A stretch of DNA of 64,000 nucleotides from positions 2,016,001-2,080,000 of the forward strand of contig CBDCOX010000002.1 of NCBI GenBank assembly GCA_965219995.1, written 5' to 3'. This DNA is from Candidatus Latescibacterota bacterium (GTDB lineage: Bacteria; Latescibacterota; UBA2968; GCA-2709665). The translations under genes and the position numbers were made by a program. The first letter of the stretch is position 1; the number at the start of each line of letters is the position of its first letter. Below, piece after piece: positions 18,879 to 27,305 of this stretch. Under the pieces are notes generated by a model. That model was given only the letters and a program-made list of their open reading frames with translations. It was not told where the DNA came from and made no database searches.

Positions 18879-18907
18879 AAGATACATCCAACGTATGACA
18901 ATGTCAA
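18879..18907 (-). promoter_or_regulatory. Sigma70 promoter of the DUF4398-LDT-PorV operon
   Basis: TTGACA-N17-TATCTT on the minus strand. Confidence 0.7.
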
Positions 18908-19021
18908 GCGATTTCTCCAGAAATTTCGCGGCTGCAGGCGCCGGATGAATTCAACTCCCAACCGCAGAAAACAGCAGGAATTCCTCCCGTTGTCCGGCGC
19001 TGGCGGAGCAGTCCTTTACGG

Positions 19022-19050
19022 TTGCGTGCCCTTGGCGCAATCGCTATATT
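19022..19050 (+). promoter_or_regulatory. Putative sigma70 promoter
   Basis: TTGCGT-N17-TATATT, about 200 nt upstream of the small membrane ORF. Confidence 0.5.
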
Positions 19051-19249
19051 TCGCGCACTGCAACTCACGGGTGCGCCCGGGCCGCAATGCAGTCCGGACC
19101 CGCTGCTGATCCGCTTCCGAAATCGGAGGCAGAGATCGGAAACCCGCCGGTTCCGGCAGTCGTGGTTTCTCTGCCGGATCATTCATCAGGCCCCCGAACT
19201 CGTCAACATAACGGTTTCGTGGTACTGGCAAAGTCCACAGGAGGAATCC

Positions 19250-19486
19250 GTGGGTTTCGAGAATCTGCTGGGTGTGGCCGCGCTTTCGGTTCTGGGAGCG
19301 CTGCTGCTTCGATGGCTTGGGGTTCCCAATCGTTGGACGCCGGTGTCGCCGCTGGTTCTGTCGACCCTCATCGTCGCGTTCTTCGGAGAGCTTGACTCGG
19401 CTGGCGACGTGTTCAGGAGCGCGCTGGTCAGCGGGCTCTTCGCCAATGGGTTCTTATTCCTTCTTCTTGGCACCCGGAATGGATGA
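19250..19486 (+). CDS. Small 78-aa membrane protein with about 3 hydrophobic segments
   Basis: AGGAGGA RBS then GTG; MGFENLLGVAALSVLGALLLRWLG...; overlaps the convergent TPR gene by 33 nt. Confidence 0.6.
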   Translation: MGFENLLGVAALSVLGALLLRWLGVPNRWTPVSPLVLSTLIVAFFGELDSAGDVFRSALVSGLFANGFLFLLLGTRNG

Positions 19487-20623
19487 TCTGATCCGAAGGC
19501 GATTCAGGTCGTCAAGAAGTTGCTTGGCGTCGAACACAACCGAATTTTTCGAAATGCGTTTCTCCTTGCGCACGTAGGTTTCAAGCGCTTCGCGGGCGTT
19601 TTCATAACGACCGTCGCGAAAGCAGGCCAATCCCAGGTAGTAGTAGCCGTCTGTCTGCAGGGAATCGATCCTGACCGCGTTCGCCAGGTGCGTGATGGCA
19701 CTGTCGTAGTCGCGATGGTTGAAATGCGACACCCCCAATTTGAGATGGACCGAGGCATCGTCGGCCCCCGCCGCAATCGCTTTCCGGTAGGTGTTTACCG
19801 CTGCCTTGTAGTCCCCCCGATTGAACGCCAGGTTGCCAAGGCTGACAAACGCTTCGCCGTATTCCGGATCGATCTCCAGTGCCTTCAGGTACGCGGCCCT
19901 CGCCTTCCCGAGTTTCCCTTCCTGGGCGTAGGCCATTCCAAGATTTCTATAGATATAGCGGCGTTCCGTGGCGTCGTACTGGAACCGGAGCGCCTGTTCG
20001 TAGATCTCAATGGCCTTGTCGGTTTTTCCCGTGTATATATAGGTAAGGCCGAGGTTGAGATACGCATCCGTGAACTTGTCGTTAAGCGTAATCGCCCGCC
20101 GGTATTCCGCAATGGCCTGATCGGCGTATCCTTTGTGGTAATAGGCCAGACCCATCAGATTTCGCACGAATGCAGACCCCGGCTTAAGTTCCAGGGCGGT
20201 CTTGTATTGCGCCAGGGCCGAGTCGTAATTCCCCTGGTGATAGTGTGTTCTGCCCAGGTCGACCCGTGCGTGAAAAATTCGTGGATTGACACGAATTGAC
20301 CGTTTCAGGTATTCAATCCGTTCATCCGGACGGGCCAGCAGCCGACCGTAAAGGTAGAGGCCGACGGCCGACCCGGGTCTGGCCTGCAGGCGCCTCAGGT
20401 ATTCGGCAAGCACCTCCCGCCGGCGTTTCGACTTGAGCATCAGGTCCTGGTAGTGCATATTCGCCTGGATGTCCTCGGGCCTGACCTTGACCAGACGCCG
20501 AAAATGAGCCAGTTCGGCTTCGCTCCCCTCGCCTTCAGCGCCCTCGACCTGGCATCCGAACCATCCGGTGCCAAGAAGCAATAGTAAAATCAGACTCGAC
20601 AACACTTGCTCTCCGCGAGACAA
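19454..20623 (-). CDS. Exported TPR-repeat protein (probable lipoprotein)
   Basis: Hydrophobic N-terminus ending WFGC; about 8 TPR units (AYLNLGLTY, YRNLGMAY, KALEIDP). Confidence 0.9.
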   Translation of the reverse strand: MSRGEQVLSSLILLLLLGTGWFGCQVEGAEGEGSEAELAHFRRLVKVRPEDIQANMHYQDLMLKSKRRREVLAEYLRRLQARPGSAVGLYLYGRLLARPDERIEYLKRSIRVNPRIFHARVDLGRTHYHQGNYDSALAQYKTALELKPGSAFVRNLMGLAYYHKGYADQAIAEYRRAITLNDKFTDAYLNLGLTYIYTGKTDKAIEIYEQALRFQYDATERRYIYRNLGMAYAQEGKLGKARAAYLKALEIDPEYGEAFVSLGNLAFNRGDYKAAVNTYRKAIAAGADDASVHLKLGVSHFNHRDYDSAITHLANAVRIDSLQTDGYYYLGLACFRDGRYENAREALETYVRKEKRISKNSVVFDAKQLLDDLNRLRIRSSIPGAKKKE

Positions 20624-20735
20624 TAGTCAACGTAGGGATGTCACTGACACCGGCCCTGTACGCACCTCGCGTATGGACGGCCACGCGAATATTTCCGCCA
20701 GACGGCAATATTGGCCACAAGAGGCCGGCAGTTAT

Positions 20736-20895
20736 CAGTCCGTTTAAAAAGTCGCTCTGCAGGCGAGGCCGAGTCATTGTGGCCGAAGACAAGGCGCGTG
20801 ACCGACGCGAATCCCTGGATTCGGGGAGGGAGCGCAACGCCGTATTTCGGTCACAAGGGCCGGACGTAGCCCGGATGGACTTTTTCAACGGGCTG
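20736..20895 (+). mobile_element. 160-bp MITE, copy 1
   Basis: Terminal inverted repeats CAGTCCGTTTAAAAAGTC / GACTTTTTCAACGGGCTG; flanked by direct repeat TTAT; near-identical to 35964-36123 and 54372-54531. Confidence 0.9.
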
Positions 20896-20911
20896 TTATG
20901 GACCCGGCTAC

Positions 20912-20950
20912 GAAAAGGGGGTGATAGCATCGTCTCTATCGCCCCTTTAT
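20912..20950. terminator. Possible bidirectional terminator
   Basis: GGGGTGATAG-N8-CTATCGCCCC with an A-tract on the left and TTTATT on the right. Confidence 0.5.
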
Positions 20951-21204
20951 TGCTGCATGCGGATGCTGAGCCGCAGTTCCATACAAATTGTTAAAATCCA
21001 ACAGCTTATATCAAGTTAATTCCGTCGGGGCAGTCGGGGGGCCGGAGTCGACGCGGAATGCCCGGTTTCCGGAATGCGAAGTGGCGTGAACCGACGGCGC
21101 TGGTCGGTGAATCCGGCAATATCCGACGGCATGGGCCGTTCGACCGCGGCTGCGGCAACCGCACCGGCCGGCGCGGCGGGAAGGACGGGCTCGCCGACGT
21201 GCTC

Positions 21205-22056
21205 CTATCTGTCTTTCTTCAGGAGGATATTCAACGGTCGTTTGGGCTTGTAGAGGTAAATTACGTCGGCCGGGTCGAGCATGGTGTTGAAGATGGCGAT
21301 TTCGTCGATCTTGCCGGAGTAGGCGGTCTTGTAATTGTTGAATCGAATGGCCATTTCGTCCAGGTTCCAGGAAATGTCTCGCCGGATGTCCTTCTTGCGA
21401 CCGATTTCTTCGCCGTCGACGAAGAGTGCGTATTCGGCATCGGTCTTCCCGCTGTTGATATTGGACCACGTGACGACGATATGGTGCCACTGATCGGATT
21501 TCCAATTCAGCCTCTCAAACCGGATCGTCCACTGTTTAACCAGTTCCTCCCCGACATTCTCCGTTTTGTCGGGGTAACAGCCGAATCGGAGGGCGCTGGG
21601 GGGACGATCCGTCCGGCTCTTGTCGAAGTCGACGAAGATGACCGCGTCGTCCCACTTCTTTCCGATGGAGAAGGGCTCGGGAAACTTTTCCTTGAAGTCG
21701 CTGTTGGGATCCACGCTCAACCAGAAAGAAACCCCCCCGGACCATGGGCCGCCGTCCCGATACGGAAAGTTGTCCTTGGCCTGATAGCTGAGGTAGGTTG
21801 CTCCGTTCGCGAACGATACGAACCCGTCTTCTTTGCCGCCGGTAAACTCATGCCGGGGCGGGCTGCTCGTTTCCATTGCCGCGACTGTGCCCTTCTTTTT
21901 CGTCATCGCTTCGAAACGGGATCTGTCGTCGAAGTTGGCAAAAAATAGGACATTCGCCGCGAGCTTTTCCTCGATTTTCTTTTCGGGACCACCGCAGGAG
22001 ATACAGCAGAGAATGGCAACCGGAATTGCGATCAGGCGGGGAGGGCACCGCAACAT
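21205..22056 (-). CDS. LamG/concanavalin A-like jelly-roll lipoprotein
   Basis: Signal with ISC; G.VSFW, WHHIVVTW, LFVDG and GKIDEIAIFN; AGGAGA RBS. Confidence 0.88.
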   Translation of the reverse strand: MLRCPPRLIAIPVAILCCISCGGPEKKIEEKLAANVLFFANFDDRSRFEAMTKKKGTVAAMETSSPPRHEFTGGKEDGFVSFANGATYLSYQAKDNFPYRDGGPWSGGVSFWLSVDPNSDFKEKFPEPFSIGKKWDDAVIFVDFDKSRTDRPPSALRFGCYPDKTENVGEELVKQWTIRFERLNWKSDQWHHIVVTWSNINSGKTDAEYALFVDGEEIGRKKDIRRDISWNLDEMAIRFNNYKTAYSGKIDEIAIFNTMLDPADVIYLYKPKRPLNILLKKDR

Positions 22057-22242
22057 AGGGCACTTCTCCTTTCGGGGGACGGTACGTTCGATGAACCGGT
22101 TTTACTTGCGGTTGCAGCGATTCACCAATATAAAGAATGTGTGTTGGGGCGCAAGCGTTTTTCTTGTTTCCGCCCTTCGGACGCGACCGGCGGGTGCCGC
22201 GAAGGTCAGAAAAATCAGATGATTAGAGCAAAGGAAAATGCC

Positions 22243-22271
22243 TTGACAACGGTATTCTTATTTATTATATC
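22243..22271 (+). promoter_or_regulatory. Putative promoter of the FtsX-fusion/OPT operon
   Basis: TTGACA-N17-TATATC in an AT-rich tract. A divergent TTGCGC-N16-TATATT (22127-22154, minus) serves the LamG gene. Confidence 0.5.
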
Positions 22272-22417
22272 CAAATTTTGCCGATCGCCGGGAACGGCCC
22301 GGATTTCGAACGATACATTCGATGACCGGCGACCGTGCGGAATGCTTTTTGTGTTCGGCTGACGGGGTTGATCCGACCGGAACGAAACTTGCGTTTCACA
22401 AGGTTCAGGAGTTCACA

Positions 22418-25400
22418 ATGCTGCGCAAACTCGGCGGCGCGATTCTGTGGTTGATCGCGATTTTCATGCTTTCGTCGGTTACCGTGTTCAATCCGGGACA
22501 GGTAACCGACTTTTTTATTCGTGTTTTCAATATCAAGCCGAGCGTTCCACAGATGCGTGAGGAGAAACCCTCCGAACGGGACGAACGCATCCAGGACTTC
22601 GCCGATCGGATCTCGGAGGCCAGTCTCCGGGAAACCGTTTCGGCTCTGGCCGGTATGGGATCCCGCGTACCGGGGTATCCGGGACACAGGAAGGCCTTCG
22701 AATACGTAAAAAACCGCTTCGAGACGCTGGGCCTGGAGGATATCACGGTTGAGGAACACCACGTCACGGTGCCCATCGACATGGGAGCGACTCTGGAGGA
22801 TCCGGAAACGGGACTCGCGATCCGGCTGTACGGGCTTTGGCCCAATCACGTTCAAACGCCTTCGCTGCCGGAAGGCGGGGTTTCCGGAGCACTGATCGAC
22901 GCCGGGGACGGTTCCTTCAAAGCGCTGAATTCAAAGCAGGTGGAGAACAGCATCGCTCTGATGCAATTCGATTGCGGCCAGAACTACCTCAACCCCCGCA
23001 TGCTGGGCGCGCAGGCCATCATCTTCTACGACAACGGCGGCGTAAGCAGAGGACAGGCCCTGGAGAAAATCCTCCAGGTACCGGTCGACGTGCCCAGGTT
23101 CTGGGTGGAGAAAGCCGACGCTGTCCGTCTCGCGGCACTCGCGCAGTCCGGTGCCACGCTCGTGAGGGTGACGTCCAGAATGTCCTGGGAAAAGGTCCCC
23201 ACGTGGAATATCTACGCCACCCTGCCCGGCTCCGACACTTTCGTCACGGAACGTGAAGAACGGAAGTGGAAGGACGAGATGGTTGTCCTGAGCTCATTTT
23301 ACGACGCCGTCTCCGTCGTGCCCGCATTGGCGCCGGGCGCGGAGAATGCCACCGGGCTGGCTGCCCTGCTGGAAGTCGCGGCAGCGCTGAAAGACGAATC
23401 GTGGCTCGACGGTTCCTCGCGTCTTGCACAACTCCCGCGGTACACGGTGAAATTCCTGGTAACGGGCGCTCACTTCCAGGGGTTGGCCGGGGTCAATGAC
23501 TTTCTCTTCAGGCATTCCAGGGAAAGCGACCACTTCCGGGAAAAGATTCCTGAGGATCAGAAGATCGACTTCCGGCTCTTCGTCGGCTTCGACCTGTCGA
23601 GCGAGACGGACCAGATCGCCAGCTTCTCTCACGGTACGTTTATCAACCCGAACTGGTCGACCAACAACTACGAAAACAACCTGCTTGCGCCCTACGCGAA
23701 GAAATTCAATAAATACCTGGCCAAGGTCTATCCTGGCGAAGCGCGTCACGTGGACGCCGTCGCGCCGCCGAAACGAACCTGGAAGAACTACATGCCCGTC
23801 CGGCTGGGATTCGACAGCGAGGCGGTCAAATTCGTCGGCAAGGAAGGCATTACCCTTGCCAGCCCGTCCACAACGCGCGAAAAGGTGGACACACCCGTCG
23901 ACCGGGTGGAATTCGTCAACTTCCCCAACCTGACCCTGCAAACCCGCACGGCAACCGGCATGCTGCTGAAAGCTCTGGAAGATCCTGAATTCTTCCGGGT
24001 GTCCAAACTCAAACTTCAAGACCTCGGACACAGTATGAAGGGGCGCATCCTCTGGTTCGAACGGGATGCGGATTTTGCGATTCCACGCGTACCCGTACCT
24101 GGGGCCATCGTCACGTATCAGCAGCCGGGGCCGGTTGCCAGCTGCGGCGGTGTCCGAACGCTCATTGTGGACAAGACCACGGAGGGTCCGAGATACGTGG
24201 GCGAACGCTCCCAGGGGGCCATGGTCGGTACGAAGGAGGAAGTGGAGGCCACCGGCCGATTTCAGTTCAACATCATGCGCAACCGGTTTACGAATCAGAT
24301 ATTGGCGTATGAAATCGACGATAACGGCAGAATCATATCGGCGCCGGACCTCGGCACGGAAGGAGAGGAGAAGTTCCCCACCCGGCAGGGTTACGGCTGG
24401 TGGGAGAACGAGATGCTGGCGGTCCTTTTCAAGTGCCGTTCTCTCAGCGTGTTTGAAATCATCGATTCCAGCTATCTTTCGGCGCTCGATTTCATGACCG
24501 TGCTGAACGCCGGCGACTCCCTGCCGATGGAATACGGGTACTATTATATCGAGAACCAGAGCATCAAGGAAGGCGACGTCACGCGGGCGGCGGTCGCATT
24601 TACCGCGATGAACCCCACAACCGGCAGTCCCGATCCCATCAAGATTCTGATGAGCACGGGCCTTTTCGGTGTGAAGTACCTGCTGACGAACGCCCCGGAG
24701 GCGTTGCTGGAACAGCCGGTGGACAAGTGGGACGTGGACGACGAACTCCTGGAACTGTCCCGCGGCGCCGGATATCCTCCCGGGGTCATCCTCCATCCGT
24801 CGTACAAGGCCGCCAAGGATATGTGGGTGGTCGACGATATCCGGATGAAACAGCTTGCGCAGTACGGAATTACAAACGCCCGTCTGGAAAAGCTGCACAC
24901 CCATGCGGCGGACGCGCTGAAACGGGCGCGTGAACATCTGGCGAACCACGACTACGAAGGATTTATCGCAGCGTCCAGAGAGGCATGGGGTCTGGAAGCA
25001 CGCGGATATCCCGAGGTCATGTCCACGGCAAACGACACCGTCCGCGGCATTATCTTTTATTTCATTCTCCTGCTGCCGTTTTCCTTTTTCTGCGAGCGGC
25101 TGCTGTTCGGCTTTCCGGATATCACCCGGCGTCTGGTCGGCTTCGCGGGAATCTTCGTGCTGTTTTTCATCATCCTTCGATACGTCCATCCGGCATTCAA
25201 GCTGAGCAGCACCCCCTACATCATTTTTCTCGCTTTCGTGATCATGGCGCTGGGCGGCATTGCGATGTTCATTGTCGTTTCCAAATTCGGCGAAGAGGTC
25301 CGGAAGATGAAACAGGCCTCGGCGGGAACCTACGAGGCCGACGTGGGTCGGTTGAGCGCGACCGCCGCTTCCATCATACTTGGCATCTCCAATCTGCGAA

Positions 25401-27214
25401 AACGTCCTCTCCGTACCGGACTGACCGCCATCACCCTCACGTTGCTTACGTTTACGGCACTATCGTTCACTTCGGTACAGACGTCCATTAAGTTCTACCG
25501 GTTGCCACGGGACAACCAGCCGCCGTACCCTGGAGGCCTGGTGCGGGACCGATCCTGGAGGGGACTGCAGGAATCGGTGCTCCAGTACCTGACCAGCGCG
25601 TTCAAAGGCCGGGCGACCATTGTTCCCCGGGCGTGGTACCTCTCCCAGGTGCGGGGCGAACGGGCGTACGTCAATTTCTCGCGCATCACCGAGCAGACCT
25701 CCTACCTCGGCTCCAGGGACACCTACGTCGACTTCGACGTGGGCATCACCACCGGAAAAGACAGCTTTGTGAACGGATTACTGGGGCTCACCGCGGAAGA
25801 ACCCCAGATCACCGGGGTCGACCGGTACCTGATGAGCGGGCGATGGTTCGAGCCCGGAGAAACAAACGTGTGCATTCTGCCGAACGACCTGGCGGAGCTT
25901 GTGGGCATCTTCCCGGAAGACGCCGGAACCGCGCAGATCGAGATGCTGGGCGGGGCCTTCACCGTCATTGGAATCATAGACTCCGAAGGATTCAACAAGT
26001 ACAAGGATATGGACGACGAGAAGCTGACGCCGGTGGATACCGTAAAGGAAAAGGACGACCTGGCGGACGCCCAGGACCAGGATCCACGGGTTGTCGCAGC
26101 GGCTCCGATCGAGACGTTTACGCATCTGGAATCGACCAACGTGATGATATTGCCGTATGACTACGTGCGGAATATCGGAGGCACTCTCAACTCCGTCGCT
26201 CTGGCGAACTTCGTGGACTCCCAGGGCAACGCCAGGGCGAACTTCCTGCCGGACGTCGAAGAATTCATGACGCGCGTATCCCTGACGATGTTCGTAGGCC
26301 ACGAGAACAAAGTCACCGTATACAGTTCCATCGGCTCCACGTCTCTTTCCGGACTGGGCACGCTGTTCATTCCCATTCTGATCGCGGCGCTGATCGTGCT
26401 GAATACCATGATGGGTGCTGTGTACGAACGCTTCAACGAAATTGGCATTTATTCGGCGGTGGGTCTGGCGCCCAACCACATTGCGGCGCTGTTCCTGGCC
26501 GAGGCGACGGTTTTCGCCACGGTCGGCGCCGTCTTCGGGTATCTGATCGGACAGGTCCTGGTCCTTGTGTTGTTTACCCAGGCGCAGGCCCAGGGACAGC
26601 TGCTCAGCCTTGAATTGAATTATTCTTCGTTGTCGGCCATTTCCTCGACACTGATCGTCATGGCGACGGTTTTCCTCTCTACGCTGTACCCCGCGAAGAA
26701 GGCCGCCGATATGGCCGTCCCGGATGTGACGCGGAAGTGGGAGTTTCCGGAGCCGGAAGGCGACAGATGGGTGTTCGACTTTCCATTTACGGTTGGCGGC
26801 TCGGAAGTACTGGGAATGTACACGTACCTGACCCGCGTCTTCGAGTCATACGGCGAAGGATCCGTAGGCGACTTCGTGGCCGACTACGTCCGGTTCACGT
26901 CCCGGGACATGCAGGGGGAACCGCAGTACGAAATCAACCTCACGTGCTGGCTTGCGCCTTACGATCTGGGCATCAGCCAGGAGGTGGCGCTGCTGGCCAT
27001 ACCAACGAGAGAATACAACATTTACAAGATCGAGGTGGTTATCAACCGGCTCAGCGGCGACGTGGCGTCATGGAAGCGGATCAACCGGGGGTTCCTGAAC
27101 GTGCTCCGTAAAAGGTTCCTGGTCTGGCGTACCATTCCGCCCGAGTTGAAACACCAGTACGCCGACGAAGGCAAACGCATGCTCTCAGACACCGTGGAAG
27201 AAGCCGCAGTATAG
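22418..27214 (+). CDS. Giant fusion: M28-peptidase-like ectodomain + TM block + MacB/FtsX-type permease
   Basis: ATG 22418 after AGGAG (1598 aa). SRVPGYPG, VVLSSFYD, APGAENATG; later NLRKRPLRTGLT and LNTMMGAVYERFNEIGIYSAVGL..LFLAEA (FtsX). Confidence 0.9.
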   Translation: MLRKLGGAILWLIAIFMLSSVTVFNPGQVTDFFIRVFNIKPSVPQMREEKPSERDERIQDFADRISEASLRETVSALAGMGSRVPGYPGHRKAFEYVKNRFETLGLEDITVEEHHVTVPIDMGATLEDPETGLAIRLYGLWPNHVQTPSLPEGGVSGALIDAGDGSFKALNSKQVENSIALMQFDCGQNYLNPRMLGAQAIIFYDNGGVSRGQALEKILQVPVDVPRFWVEKADAVRLAALAQSGATLVRVTSRMSWEKVPTWNIYATLPGSDTFVTEREERKWKDEMVVLSSFYDAVSVVPALAPGAENATGLAALLEVAAALKDESWLDGSSRLAQLPRYTVKFLVTGAHFQGLAGVNDFLFRHSRESDHFREKIPEDQKIDFRLFVGFDLSSETDQIASFSHGTFINPNWSTNNYENNLLAPYAKKFNKYLAKVYPGEARHVDAVAPPKRTWKNYMPVRLGFDSEAVKFVGKEGITLASPSTTREKVDTPVDRVEFVNFPNLTLQTRTATGMLLKALEDPEFFRVSKLKLQDLGHSMKGRILWFERDADFAIPRVPVPGAIVTYQQPGPVASCGGVRTLIVDKTTEGPRYVGERSQGAMVGTKEEVEATGRFQFNIMRNRFTNQILAYEIDDNGRIISAPDLGTEGEEKFPTRQGYGWWENEMLAVLFKCRSLSVFEIIDSSYLSALDFMTVLNAGDSLPMEYGYYYIENQSIKEGDVTRAAVAFTAMNPTTGSPDPIKILMSTGLFGVKYLLTNAPEALLEQPVDKWDVDDELLELSRGAGYPPGVILHPSYKAAKDMWVVDDIRMKQLAQYGITNARLEKLHTHAADALKRAREHLANHDYEGFIAASREAWGLEARGYPEVMSTANDTVRGIIFYFILLLPFSFFCERLLFGFPDITRRLVGFAGIFVLFFIILRYVHPAFKLSSTPYIIFLAFVIMALGGIAMFIVVSKFGEEVRKMKQASAGTYEADVGRLSATAASIILGISNLRKRPLRTGLTAITLTLLTFTALSFTSVQTSIKFYRLPRDNQPPYPGGLVRDRSWRGLQESVLQYLTSAFKGRATIVPRAWYLSQVRGERAYVNFSRITEQTSYLGSRDTYVDFDVGITTGKDSFVNGLLGLTAEEPQITGVDRYLMSGRWFEPGETNVCILPNDLAELVGIFPEDAGTAQIEMLGGAFTVIGIIDSEGFNKYKDMDDEKLTPVDTVKEKDDLADAQDQDPRVVAAAPIETFTHLESTNVMILPYDYVRNIGGTLNSVALANFVDSQGNARANFLPDVEEFMTRVSLTMFVGHENKVTVYSSIGSTSLSGLGTLFIPILIAALIVLNTMMGAVYERFNEIGIYSAVGLAPNHIAALFLAEATVFATVGAVFGYLIGQVLVLVLFTQAQAQGQLLSLELNYSSLSAISSTLIVMATVFLSTLYPAKKAADMAVPDVTRKWEFPEPEGDRWVFDFPFTVGGSEVLGMYTYLTRVFESYGEGSVGDFVADYVRFTSRDMQGEPQYEINLTCWLAPYDLGISQEVALLAIPTREYNIYKIEVVINRLSGDVASWKRINRGFLNVLRKRFLVWRTIPPELKHQYADEGKRMLSDTVEEAAV

Positions 27215-27305
27215 GAAATACGTAACCGGTAAATCTGTCACCCGGCGGGTTGAGACGGGCAACCTGTTTTCGGGAGAGAAAACTCGCTGCTCCTAATGAG
27301 GAGGG

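Noticed and set aside
20638-20994. Short ORFs sharing KKSLCRRGR…DFFNGL (also 54330-54524)
   Set aside because: Translations of the MITE, not independent genes.
21015-21200. GC-rich intergenic stretch with CCGTCGG/CCGACGG pairing
   Set aside because: No promoter-terminator frame or recognisable RNA motif; pairing is plausible by chance at this GC content.
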